A DNA stretch of 64,000 bases from an uncultured Prevotella sp. Its GTDB lineage: Bacteria; Bacteroidota; Bacteroidia; Bacteroidales; Bacteroidaceae. Made by a program: the position numbers and the translations under genes. The stretch's first letter is position 1; each line of letters starts with the position of its first letter. The stretch lies in assembly GCA_900316565.1 (NCBI GenBank), contig ONDK01000010.1, positions 15,129-79,128 on the forward strand. Reading direction: 5' to 3'. Below, piece by piece: positions 28,119-37,833 of the stretch. The notes below the pieces were generated by a model. It worked only from the letters and a program-made list of their open reading frames with translations. It did no database searches and had not been told where the DNA came from.

Positions 28119-30335
28119 TCAGAACGGCAGTCCGACGGCAAAATGAAAGGTAAAGTCGCGGCCTAAATCGGGATGGAAGATGGCATAATGCTCATCATTA
28201 GTGGTATAGGCCGGGTTAACGGCTTTCATTCCGGCATCAAAGCGGAGGATGAAGAAATCGAAGTTCAAGCGCAGTCCCAAGCCATAGGCAACGGCAATCT
28301 GCTTGTAGAACTCATCCCATTTGAAGCGGCCGCCGGGCTGTTCGGGGTAGTCGCGGAGTGTCCAAATGTTTCCGGCATCGATGAAGGCGGCACCGTCAAA
28401 CTTCCAGAAGAGATGTGAGCGGAACTCCGCATTGAGGTCGAGCTTCATGTCGCCGGTCTGATTGATGAAGTCAATACGTCCGTCGGTACCGCGGAACTTA
28501 CCCGGGCCCAGTTCCCTCACGCTCCATCCTCGGACCGAGTTGGCGCCACCGGAGAAATAGCGTTTTTCGAAGGGCAGCACATTGCTGTTGCCGTAAGGCC
28601 ACGCAATGCCGAAATCAGTGTGAAGGACGAGCTGGTTTCTGTTGTCGAAGGGAAGGACATGAGTGAAATCGAAGTCGAACTTCACATACTGCGCGTAGGC
28701 TATATTAAATAATGTATAGTTACCTTGTCCGTTCTTCTTGAAGTTGAACGGTCCTGACAGGGCTCGAAGGAGGTTACCGGCAGTCTCTATGTTGGCACGC
28801 ATGGCATTGCCGTTGTGGTTGTAGAGTAGTCCGAAGCCTGTCTTCATAATGAAGAGGTCCTCGTAGTTGTACCTCAGGATGGCATTACGGTTCGACACGC
28901 TGTCGAGATAATCGTGTTTGAAGGTGGCACTAATCCACGGCATATAGACGTAGTTGAGGTCCAGGAGGTCGAGGTCGTAGGTCGTATGCCGTTTGGGATT
29001 GCTCCAGCCGTATTTCCACGCGGCGGAGAAGACGCGGCGGTGGAACTCAGGACGGTTCTGAAGGTCCCAGGACACGGAGATCTCCGATTTTGCGGTGCTG
29101 CGATACTTAACCTTGTTTGACAGGAACGGCACCACGAGGCGTGGAAACTGCAAACTGGTGACGACACTGTATTCCTCATAGTCGTGGGCATCATATCCCT
29201 CCAACTTCGATATAGCCTCGAAAGCGGCCCGCAGCTGGATACTGAAGAGCTCACTGCCACGGAAGAGGTTACGGTTCTGATATGTCAGAGAAGCGGCAGC
29301 GCCAAGGTCTCCGGCGGTATTTGTCCCCTCCGGCTGAAAAGCTATGGTACTCGGCTTGTTGTTGAATATCTGTAAATGACAATCGAGGACATTGCTGTCG
29401 GGGCGCTCCAAGAACTCCACGTTGGTGTATCTCACGGCACCAAGACGCGAAAAGTTATTATATGTGCGCTTAAGGTCGGAGGCACTGTAGTAATGCCCCG
29501 GCTCTATGGCGGTGCTGTTCTCGAGGACGGAGCGGCGGATGTGGAGTCCTGTGGAGTCACCGGGGAGAAACAGAACCTTACCAATGGTATAACGCGGATG
29601 AACGGTCTCCGGCTCGTCAGATGAACGGCGGTACTTCAGCAAATGGAGTGTCACATCAACATCACGCGAGCCACGGACGCTGTCAGCGTCAAACTGGATG
29701 AAGTTCTTGTTAAATCTGTAATAACCCGAGTCGTTGAGGATAGCAGTGAGACGGGAGCGCTCATTGTCGAGCGATGACACCGTGAACTGCCTCGGCGTGA
29801 AATGGCTTGAGAGATGCGGCTTCAACACGCGCGCTATGGCACTGTCCTGGATGTCATAGGAGAAATGGTTGATATAGAATGGTTCTCCGGGACTAAGAGT
29901 GTAGATGGCGTCGAGTTTCTTCTTTTTCTTTACCTCTACGGCGAAAGCCACTTTCGCATTCATATATCCCATATTCTGCATGGCTGTACGCAGATCCTCG
30001 CACGACAGTCTGGCTTGGACAGAGTCGAAGACAACTGGCTGCTCGCCAATCCTTTGCAGTGAACGGTTAATCCATTTCGTGGTATCCTTACCCGACAGCG
30101 CATAAGCGCCGAGAGGTATCTTGAAAAGAGAGAACCATTTGGAATTGGCCTTCTGACGGATGTATGGTGCCAACTGTGCGGCATCAAAGCCCTTCTGGTC
30201 TGACTTTATCACAACCTTGTCGAGCATGTATTTGTCATCAGGAATAAACTTCCCGGCTGAGCACGACGTTACCAACAGGGCAATAATAGTAAAAAATATA
30301 ATAAGATGAAGCTTGCTCCACTGATACCTAACCAT
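28119..30335 (-). CDS. tamL: Omp85-family lipoprotein TamL (POTRA + barrel)
   Basis: Lipobox VTSC, POTRA-like region, YFSGGANSVRGW, FIDAGNIW, C-terminal FHFAVGLPF. Confidence 0.88.
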   Translation of the reverse strand: MVRYQWSKLHLIIFFTIIALLVTSCSAGKFIPDDKYMLDKVVIKSDQKGFDAAQLAPYIRQKANSKWFSLFKIPLGAYALSGKDTTKWINRSLQRIGEQPVVFDSVQARLSCEDLRTAMQNMGYMNAKVAFAVEVKKKKKLDAIYTLSPGEPFYINHFSYDIQDSAIARVLKPHLSSHFTPRQFTVSSLDNERSRLTAILNDSGYYRFNKNFIQFDADSVRGSRDVDVTLHLLKYRRSSDEPETVHPRYTIGKVLFLPGDSTGLHIRRSVLENSTAIEPGHYYSASDLKRTYNNFSRLGAVRYTNVEFLERPDSNVLDCHLQIFNNKPSTIAFQPEGTNTAGDLGAAASLTYQNRNLFRGSELFSIQLRAAFEAISKLEGYDAHDYEEYSVVTSLQFPRLVVPFLSNKVKYRSTAKSEISVSWDLQNRPEFHRRVFSAAWKYGWSNPKRHTTYDLDLLDLNYVYMPWISATFKHDYLDSVSNRNAILRYNYEDLFIMKTGFGLLYNHNGNAMRANIETAGNLLRALSGPFNFKKNGQGNYTLFNIAYAQYVKFDFDFTHVLPFDNRNQLVLHTDFGIAWPYGNSNVLPFEKRYFSGGANSVRGWSVRELGPGKFRGTDGRIDFINQTGDMKLDLNAEFRSHLFWKFDGAAFIDAGNIWTLRDYPEQPGGRFKWDEFYKQIAVAYGLGLRLNFDFFILRFDAGMKAVNPAYTTNDEHYAIFHPDLGRDFTFHFAVGLPF

Positions 30336-30484
30336 CAGAATTCCTTTTTTAAACTTATAAAGGGTTATTTTATAATGGGTTCACCAAAACGTCTTGTCAT
30401 GACAAACTCTCTGCAAAGGTAATGCAATCAAATGACATTTCAAAAGAAAAGATTACATTTATCATTATTTGGATAAGTCACGCG

Positions 30485-30560
30485 GCACCTCAACAATACA
30501 AAAAATCAAAACTTTGTGGTTTTATTTTTTTGTATTGTCTTCGGTTTGCTGTAACTTTGC
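30485..30560 (+). repeat. 76-bp promoter cassette (TTTG-N19-TAACTTTG) upstream of pheT; near-identical to the copies upstream of ispE
   Basis: GCACCTCAACAATACAAAAAATCAAAACTTTGTGGTTTTATTTTTTTGTATTGTCTTCGGTTTGCTGTAACTTTGC matches the reverse complement of 36223-36298 with a few differences. Confidence 0.85.
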
Positions 30561-30592
30561 ACTGATTTTCGAAGATTATAATATTAAACACG

Positions 30593-33061
30593 ATGAAGAT
30601 ATCTTATAAGTGGCTAAAAGAATACGTTGATTTTGATTTAACCCCACAGGAAACAGCGGACGCGCTGACATCAACCGGGTTGGAAGTCGACTCACTGGAT
30701 GAAGTAGAAACAATACGCGGTGGTCTTAAGGGACTGTATGTAGGAAAGGTGCTTACATGCGAGCAGCACCCTAACTCCGACCATCTGCACGTTACGACAG
30801 TAGACCTCGGAAAAGGTGAACCCCAGCAGATCGTCTGCGGTGCGCCCAACGTGGCAGCAGGACAGAAAGTCATTGTTGCTGATCTCGGCTGTGTACTCTA
30901 CGACGGCGATAAGGAATTCACCATAAAGAAATCACGCCTGCGCGGCGTCGACTCTTATGGAATGATTTGTGCAGAGGATGAGATTGGCATCGGCAATGAC
31001 CATGCCGGCATCATCGTCCTTCCCGAGGACGCTCCCGTCGGTCAGCCTGCAGCAGAGTACTATCACCTTGAAAGCGACTGGGTCATAGACATTGACATCA
31101 CCGCCAACCGCGCTGATGCGCTCTGCCACTACGGTGTGGCTCGTGACCTCAACGCTTGGCTCATGCGTCAGGGCAAGCCTTCGACACTCCACCGCCCCGA
31201 CTGCTCCAAGTTCCATGTTGACAACAACGACTTACCAATAAAGGTTACTATTGAAAACACCGACGCCTGCCGGCGCTATGCTTGTCTGAGCATCACCGAC
31301 TGCGACGTGAAGGAGAGCCCGCAGTGGCTTAAGGACAAGCTGAATGTTATCGGTCTGCGTCCAATCAACAATATCGTTGACATTACAAATTATATCATGA
31401 TGGCATACGGCCAGCCTATGCACTGCTTCGATGCCGACATGGTTACAGGACACCATATCATCGTCCGCGACAACAACGCTGGAAAGAAGTTCGTTACTCT
31501 CGATGGCGTTGAGCATACCCTCGGCGAACACGACCTTGCCATCTGCAACGAGGAGGAGCCGATGTGCATCGCCGGCGTGTTCGGTGGAAAGGGTTCCGGA
31601 ACTTATGAGACAACGAAGAACGTCGTGCTGGAGAGTGCTTACTTCCACCCAACATGGATACGTAAGAGCGCACGCCGCCATGGACTGTCCACAGATGCCA
31701 GCTTCCGCTTTGAGCGTGGCGTGGACCCTAACGGCACCATCTACGCTCTGAAGCAGGCCGCAATACTCTGTCAGGAACTTGCCGGAGGAAAGGTGTCAAT
31801 GGAAATCTGCGATGAGTATCCTACAAAGATGGACAACTTCCATGTCCGTCTCAACTACGAATACTGCGACCGTCTCATCGGAAAACAGCTTGGACACGAC
31901 ACCATAAAGGATATCGCCAAGAGCTTGGAGATGAATATCACCAATGAGGACCCCGACGGCATAGACCTCGTAGTACCGGCTTACCGCGTGGATGTACAGC
32001 GGCCATGTGATGTCGTTGAGGACATCCTCCGCATCTACGGCTATAACAATATCGAAATTCCGTCAGAACTGAAGTCGTCTCTTACCATTGCCGGTGAGAG
32101 TGACAAGAACTTCAAACGTGAGAATCTCGTCGGGGAGCAGCTCGTCGGTGAGGGATTCAACGAGATAATGAACAACTCGCTGACCAAGAGCTCATATTAC
32201 GACAAGGACGAACTGAACAAATACACATGGGCTAAGACTGTCAAGCTTATGAATCCTCTGTCGGCCGACTTAGGCGTCATGCGCCAGACTCTGCTCTTCG
32301 GCGGACTGGAGAGCATCATCAGGAACATAAACAGGAAGGCCCACAACTTGAAGTTCTTCGAGGTGGGAAACTGTTACTGGTTCGACGAGCAGAAGCATAC
32401 AGCAGAGGCTCCTATCAAGGCCTACACACAGGACTATCACATGGCTCTATGGGTTACTGGTAAGCGTGTGGAAGGCTCATGGGCTCATGCCGACGAGGAC
32501 ACATCAGTATATGAGCTGAAGGCTTATGTGGAGAATATCTTCCGCCGTGTGGGAGTGCCTCAGGGTATGTTTACCGAGAAAGCATCTGACAACAATATCT
32601 TCGACAAGGCTATCACCGTGGAGAACCACGGTGGCAAGGTCATCGCTGAATACGGTATCGTCAACCATAAGATTCTTAAGAACTTCGACATCGACCAGCC
32701 CGTATTCTACGCTGACATTGATTGGCAGGCACTTATGAAGGCTATGAAGAAGAACAAGCTGGAGTTCAAGGAACTCAGTAAGTTCCCGGCAGTAAGCCGC
32801 GACTTGGCATTGCTCGTCGATGAGAACGTACAGTTTGCACAGATTGAACAGATTGCGCGTCAGACGGAGAAGAAATTGCTTAAGCGCGTGGAGCTGTTCG
32901 ATGTCTACACCGGCGACAAACTTCCGGCAGGAAAGAAGTCGTACGCTGTCAACTTCATCCTCCAGGATGAGAACAAGACTCTGAACGACAAGGCAATCGA
33001 CGCCATCATGAAGAAACTCATCCATCAGCTGACGACAAAGCTCGGTGCTGAACTGAGATAA
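30593..33061 (+). CDS. pheT: Phenylalanyl-tRNA synthetase beta subunit
   Basis: MKISYKWL, HPNSDHL, IVCGAPNV, TANRAD, RFERGVD, DVVEDILRIYGY, FDX-ACB end. Confidence 0.97.
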   Translation: MKISYKWLKEYVDFDLTPQETADALTSTGLEVDSLDEVETIRGGLKGLYVGKVLTCEQHPNSDHLHVTTVDLGKGEPQQIVCGAPNVAAGQKVIVADLGCVLYDGDKEFTIKKSRLRGVDSYGMICAEDEIGIGNDHAGIIVLPEDAPVGQPAAEYYHLESDWVIDIDITANRADALCHYGVARDLNAWLMRQGKPSTLHRPDCSKFHVDNNDLPIKVTIENTDACRRYACLSITDCDVKESPQWLKDKLNVIGLRPINNIVDITNYIMMAYGQPMHCFDADMVTGHHIIVRDNNAGKKFVTLDGVEHTLGEHDLAICNEEEPMCIAGVFGGKGSGTYETTKNVVLESAYFHPTWIRKSARRHGLSTDASFRFERGVDPNGTIYALKQAAILCQELAGGKVSMEICDEYPTKMDNFHVRLNYEYCDRLIGKQLGHDTIKDIAKSLEMNITNEDPDGIDLVVPAYRVDVQRPCDVVEDILRIYGYNNIEIPSELKSSLTIAGESDKNFKRENLVGEQLVGEGFNEIMNNSLTKSSYYDKDELNKYTWAKTVKLMNPLSADLGVMRQTLLFGGLESIIRNINRKAHNLKFFEVGNCYWFDEQKHTAEAPIKAYTQDYHMALWVTGKRVEGSWAHADEDTSVYELKAYVENIFRRVGVPQGMFTEKASDNNIFDKAITVENHGGKVIAEYGIVNHKILKNFDIDQPVFYADIDWQALMKAMKKNKLEFKELSKFPAVSRDLALLVDENVQFAQIEQIARQTEKKLLKRVELFDVYTGDKLPAGKKSYAVNFILQDENKTLNDKAIDAIMKKLIHQLTTKLGAELR

Positions 33062-33258
33062 CATCAAGCCTATCCGCTCAGAAGAGGAAGTCTGTGCGGA
33101 TAAGAACGTTCAACGCAAGAACAGAAAATTATTAAATAACACATTATAAACATTTAAATTTTACCCCGTAAGACTAACAACAATGGAGGAATGCCAGTGG
33201 ATTACAACATGGCAAGCCTCTATCTCCAAGACGGAGAAGTCAGGGGAAAGTCTCAATT

Positions 33259-34002
33259 ATGGGAAGAGCATTTGAATACCGTAAGGCTACCAAGCTGAAG
33301 CGGTGGGGTCATATGGCCCGCACATTCACAAAGTTAGGTAAGGAAATATCCATCGCCGTGAAGGCTGGTGGTCCGGAACCGGAGAACAATCCGCGCCTAC
33401 GTGCCATCATCGCTACATGTAAGCGTGAGAATATGCCTAAGGACAACATCCTGCGCGCCATCAAGAACGCTATGGGTAAGGACCAGAGCGAGTACAAGGA
33501 GGTTCCGTACGAGGGTTATGGACCGCATGGGATTGCCATCTTCGTAGACACCCTGACCGACAACACCACACGTACCGTGGCCGACGTCCGCTCAGTGTTC
33601 AACAAGTTCAACGGCAACCTGGGCACACAGGGCTCTCTGAGTTTCCTCTTCGACCACAAGTGTGTATTCACTTTCAAGAAGAAGGCTGACACCGATATGG
33701 ACGAGCTCATCCTCGACCTCATTGACTACGGAGTGGATGATGAGTTCGACGAGGATGTCAACGAGGAGACCGGCGACGATGAGATCACTATCTACGGCGA
33801 CCCAAAGAGCTTTGGCGACATCCAGAAGTTCCTTGAGGAGAAAGGCTATGAGATAGAGTCTGCTGAGTTCACACGTATTCCTACCGACCTCAAGGATGTT
33901 ACTCCTGAACAGCGTGAGACCATCGACAAGATGGTTGAGAAACTTGAGGACTTCGATGACGTGCAGAACGTCTACACAAACATGAAACCGGCAGAGGAAT
34001 AA
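33259..34002 (+). CDS. yebC: YebC/PmpR family protein
   Basis: MGRAFEYRK, NPRLR, YEGYGPHG, TDNTTRT, DDVQNVYTN. Confidence 0.94.
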   Translation: MGRAFEYRKATKLKRWGHMARTFTKLGKEISIAVKAGGPEPENNPRLRAIIATCKRENMPKDNILRAIKNAMGKDQSEYKEVPYEGYGPHGIAIFVDTLTDNTTRTVADVRSVFNKFNGNLGTQGSLSFLFDHKCVFTFKKKADTDMDELILDLIDYGVDDEFDEDVNEETGDDEITIYGDPKSFGDIQKFLEEKGYEIESAEFTRIPTDLKDVTPEQRETIDKMVEKLEDFDDVQNVYTNMKPAEE

Positions 34003-34049
34003 TCTGGCGGCAAGAGTCCATTTACATCCAACAGGACTTAAAACATATG

Positions 34050-34119
34050 ACAGCCCCTGACTGTTTTCATGACCAATGGCGTAACAAGCCAAGGTCTTGA
34101 AGACTGTCAGGGGCTGTTT
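34050..34119 (+). terminator. Long imperfect hairpin after yebC
   Basis: ACAGCCCCTGAC...GTCAGGGGCTGT outer stem with further inner pairing, followed by a short T run. Confidence 0.65.
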
Positions 34120-34287
34120 CGTTATCACATATTATATAACTCACTGTCAGATAAGTCTCCAAAAAATGTTTCATATCCAACATTTTTGTATCTCTAATGA
34201 AAAATTGTGGGAGAAAAAGCAACAAAAAATTTGTTATTTTACTAATTGTTAATAACTTTGCGTATTAATCAAAATAAAATAACAATT

Positions 34288-35256
34288 ATGAGAAACAAAA
34301 ACTTATTATCTATGCTTTTCATTGCCTGCATGGTACTGACCTCATGCGGCAACACAGTCTCTGACGATGTAGATGTACCCGGCACAAATACGGAGAAGAC
34401 CAATAAACACATCAGCATCAACCTAAATGAAGAGAACACATCCATTGCTTTATCACCACAATCGCGTGTCTTCAACACCGACGGCAAGCGTTACTATGCC
34501 ATCAATATCCTGGAGAAAGATAATAAGAACTACATTAAGTATGCTTACGGTCTCTTTGACGGCAACGCTCCTGTCTCAGCCGTGATGACAGAAGGTCATA
34601 AATATAGAATTGAGGTACTGGAGTTCCGCAATGACAAAGATACTCTCTATCACGAAGGAGATATGTTCTACGAACCAATGAAGACCAGCGACGCAAAGGC
34701 CACACAACTGAAAAATGCCTTCGTCTATGACAAGAGTGTAAACCTCAGCGGCATCACCACTGGCGATACCAGGATTGGCGCTGAGAGCAGCGACACCACA
34801 TGGTATCCAAGAGCCTATAAATACTATGCTATAGTCGATGAATTCGACCCGTCATCAGCAGATAAATTAGACATAACGGTAAAGCGAGCATTCTTCGGAC
34901 TGCATTTCATCATCACACCACCCAAACACGGTTCAGTGAAGCTCTTATTCCTGCGCAACCACACCATTGAGGTCAACGCCACTGACAAGGCATATGACGA
35001 CGAGTCTTTCTATTCATTCAATCAGATTAGCAATGCCGCAGTAGAAGGCTACGGTACGGATGTTGCCATTGAAGCCACCTGGACTTCCGATGGGAAAGTC
35101 ATCAAACAGCAAAAGGAAATGGTCCCCATAAAACGCAATGCCGTTACCAACCTCACCATCGGTTTCTCTGGACCGAAAGATATTGAACAGGTCATCAAGG
35201 AAGAGAGCACACCGCTAGACACGCTGAACCATAACTGGGTGATAACATCAGAATAG
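34288..35256 (+). CDS. Lipoprotein, possibly type V pilin/fimbrillin-like
   Basis: Start moved to MRNKNLL (34288); lipobox LTSC; Arg after a short propeptide (SPQSR); C-terminal PIKRNAVTNLTI; TAACTTTG -7 box at 34253. Confidence 0.6.
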   Translation: MRNKNLLSMLFIACMVLTSCGNTVSDDVDVPGTNTEKTNKHISINLNEENTSIALSPQSRVFNTDGKRYYAINILEKDNKNYIKYAYGLFDGNAPVSAVMTEGHKYRIEVLEFRNDKDTLYHEGDMFYEPMKTSDAKATQLKNAFVYDKSVNLSGITTGDTRIGAESSDTTWYPRAYKYYAIVDEFDPSSADKLDITVKRAFFGLHFIITPPKHGSVKLLFLRNHTIEVNATDKAYDDESFYSFNQISNAAVEGYGTDVAIEATWTSDGKVIKQQKEMVPIKRNAVTNLTIGFSGPKDIEQVIKEESTPLDTLNHNWVITSE

Positions 35257-35295
35257 ACATATCCAAATGATCTATCAGTAAACATCAAGATAATA

Positions 35296-35329
35296 AAATG
35301 GCCGCCCCAAGATTAGGGACGGCCATTTT
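35296..35329. terminator. Bidirectional intrinsic terminator
   Basis: AAAATGGCCG.CCC...GGG.CGGCCATTTT between convergent genes. Confidence 0.8.
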
Positions 35330-35358
35330 GCTTACGATATTATTCCTACCGCAAAATT

Positions 35359-36198
35359 CTAAAGCCTCATCACAGATGTGAACGAGCCTTCAAAGGCTTT
35401 ATCAATATTCTGTGGCTGTTCTCTGAAGATACCATAGAGAGCCGAACCGCTGCCACTCATCTGAGCGTAAACAGCACCGAGACTGTATAGTTGCTCCTTT
35501 ACGGCCTTCAACTCCGGATACTCACTGAACACCGGGTCTTCAAAATCATTCGTCAGTTCCTCGCGCCATGTCTCAATGGGTTGGCGCACTATCATGCGGC
35601 AATTTTTCTGAGGTTCCTTAGGAGTAATTCTCTTGTACGCCTCTGCTGTGGAGACAGATACATCCGGCCGGACTATAGCAATCCAATAGCCATGGAGGTT
35701 GCCATACTCATTGTCGGCAGGCTCCAGCTCATCACCTATGCCGGTAGCATAAGATGGCTCTGCACTGATAAAGAATGGACAGTCGGCGCCAAGTTTGGCG
35801 GCATAGCGTTCCATCTCCGCATTACCCATATTCAAACGAAAGCGCTCATCGAGCAGACGAATCATGAAAGCGCCATCCGCTGACCCGCCACCAAGTCCCG
35901 ACTGCACAGGAATGCGCTTATAGAGATGGGCATGGATGCGTGGTATCTCATAGTCGGTGGCTATGAGGTTATAAGCCTTCACAACAAGGTTCTGCTCCTC
36001 TTCGCCACAGGAATAGTCACCGCTGACGTGTATGTCGATGTCGCCGACACAAGGGAAACGGTCGTCCATCTTCTTTATCTCCAGCACATCAGTAAGGGGA
36101 ACAGGATAAAACACGGTCTCGATATTGTGAAAGCCGTCTGTACGTACACCGACGACATTCAGTCCAAGGTTTATCTTACAACAGGGAAATGTAATCAT
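35359..36198 (-). CDS. ispE: 4-diphosphocytidyl-2-C-methyl-D-erythritol kinase
   Basis: KINLGL, KRIPVQSGLGGGSAD, LGADCPFF, NDFE, MSGSGS. Confidence 0.95.
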   Translation of the reverse strand: MITFPCCKINLGLNVVGVRTDGFHNIETVFYPVPLTDVLEIKKMDDRFPCVGDIDIHVSGDYSCGEEEQNLVVKAYNLIATDYEIPRIHAHLYKRIPVQSGLGGGSADGAFMIRLLDERFRLNMGNAEMERYAAKLGADCPFFISAEPSYATGIGDELEPADNEYGNLHGYWIAIVRPDVSVSTAEAYKRITPKEPQKNCRMIVRQPIETWREELTNDFEDPVFSEYPELKAVKEQLYSLGAVYAQMSGSGSALYGIFREQPQNIDKAFEGSFTSVMRL

Positions 36199-36224
36199 AG
36201 TCTTCGTTTTTGATTTATATATGC

Positions 36225-36416
36225 AAAGTTAATGCAAACCGAAGACAATACAAAAAATAAAACAACAAAGTTTTTTATTTTTTGGATTGTTGAGGTGCAG
36301 CTTAACTTATCAAAAGTTAATGCGCTTAACTTATCAAAAGTTAATGCAAACCGAAGACAATACAAAAAATAAAACAACAAAGTTTTTTATTTTTTGGATT
36401 GTTGAGGTGCAGCTTA
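36225..36416. repeat. Perfect 80-bp direct repeat (36225-36304, 36337-36416) bridged by a 24-bp tandem repeat (36300-36323, 36324-36347); contains the ispE promoter
   Basis: Read directly; the 24-mer is GCTTAACTTATCAAAAGTTAATGC, present twice. Confidence 0.92.
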
Positions 36417-36483
36417 TTTCGAGAACTGTTATTATAATTGTTATTTGAGCTAAACTATGGCAGACGATTTTGTCGATATTGGA

Positions 36484-37095
36484 TCATACGTAGAAGACGA
36501 ATTGTATAGAACGGAGAAGCTCCATAAAAAAAACATATATCGGCAATACCCACGCGAAGCGCACCAGCCCGTAGGTCATAGCCTCAAAACACTGGCTCAA
36601 CGATGACAGCCGACCACTCACCAGGCCAAAAGATATGGAACATGCCAAAAGTGTGATGGAGATTATCGGTATAAGACTTTGTGAGAAGTTGCTTGGGAAG
36701 AGATGACCTGTAACACTGAGGAGGATGGCGTGCGGCACGCATGTCAGAAGGACGACAACAATTACAACTGTCAGAATCTCACCTACGACGACCCACAGCC
36801 CCACTCTTTCAAAATAACGTTTTTTCCTGCAATGAGCCATTGCCACAACACTATCCACCAGTCCACTGAACGATACCGCTCCGAAGGCCACTGACAACAG
36901 TATAATATCCACGAGCAGTGGTGACGACATATTCTCTATGAAGTGGCCAAAGAGCCAGCGGACGCCCTCCGGACTTAGCAGAGAGCGCATAGAAAGTTCA
37001 GGCATCGCGGAGGTAACTATCCACGAGGCCATAATCAGTACCACCTGCAGAACAACAAGTGTCAGAGATATGATGCCACAGACTTTATTCTTCAT
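36484..37095 (-). CDS. Short AbgT-like membrane protein (203 aa)
   Basis: RSLLSPEGVRWLFGHFIENM resembles the AbgT N-terminal motif; about 5 TM helices; overlaps the response regulator stop. Confidence 0.65.
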   Translation of the reverse strand: MKNKVCGIISLTLVVLQVVLIMASWIVTSAMPELSMRSLLSPEGVRWLFGHFIENMSSPLLVDIILLSVAFGAVSFSGLVDSVVAMAHCRKKRYFERVGLWVVVGEILTVVIVVVLLTCVPHAILLSVTGHLFPSNFSQSLIPIISITLLACSISFGLVSGRLSSLSQCFEAMTYGLVRFAWVLPIYVFFMELLRSIQFVFYV

Positions 37096-37810
37096 CAGGA
37101 TGGAGGTTATCTATATCTAGGATACGTAGTTCCAGTGCACGTACGACAAGGCGCGTAGCATTTACACTCATACCGCCGTTACCATCCGGGAAAAGCTTCT
37201 GCACCAGCTCATTCTGCCGTTTTTCCAAACTCTTCACGCCAAATGGCATTCCACGGAGTCCCGTAATCTGTTCCTTGGTGTAGCCAAGGGCAAGATGGCG
37301 AAGAAAACGTTCATCATATTCGTCAATCTCATAGTCGACCATCGCCTCCTGATGCAACAGTTGCTTGTTGACACTCTCCTTAAAACGCTCGACAATTTTC
37401 TGAAGTATAGGCTGGTTAAAGACATATTTCTTTCCGCTCATGACACTTACCACGTCACCACGGGTCAGAAGTTCACCACTCTTTAAGCAAATGCCGTCGG
37501 CACCTGCATCAAGAACATCCACCCACAGTTTCTCGTTTAGTATCTCACCTGTGAATATCAGCACCTTTATGTTCGGGTATTTCTCTTTCGTCTGACGGCA
37601 TATCTCTACACCGACAGTCGTAGACCCACCTAATCCAAGATCAAGGAGCACTAAATCCGGGAGTTGTTGCTTCAATGTTCTCCAGTATGCAGTCTCGCTC
37701 TCCGCCGTTCCTATTATCTCAGCCTCGGGAATATCACTTTTGAATATTCCCTCTGTGCCCCTCAGCTCCAAGGGTACATCTTCCACGATTATTACTTTGA
37801 ACTTTTCCAT
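37085..37810 (-). CDS. Response regulator (receiver + LuxR-like output; DUF5932-like)
   Basis: Start moved to MEKFKVIIVED (37810); PDLVLLDLGL, FT and LK receiver motifs; LALGYTKEQI HTH-like region. Confidence 0.85.
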   Translation of the reverse strand: MEKFKVIIVEDVPLELRGTEGIFKSDIPEAEIIGTAESETAYWRTLKQQLPDLVLLDLGLGGSTTVGVEICRQTKEKYPNIKVLIFTGEILNEKLWVDVLDAGADGICLKSGELLTRGDVVSVMSGKKYVFNQPILQKIVERFKESVNKQLLHQEAMVDYEIDEYDERFLRHLALGYTKEQITGLRGMPFGVKSLEKRQNELVQKLFPDGNGGMSVNATRLVVRALELRILDIDNLHPDEE

Positions 37811-37833
37811 ATCTTGTTTCCTTTCTCTTTCGG

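Noticed and set aside
36195-36380. 61-aa ORF with a repeated ALTFDKLS
   Set aside because: It is a by-product of the non-coding 24-bp tandem repeat in the ispE promoter.
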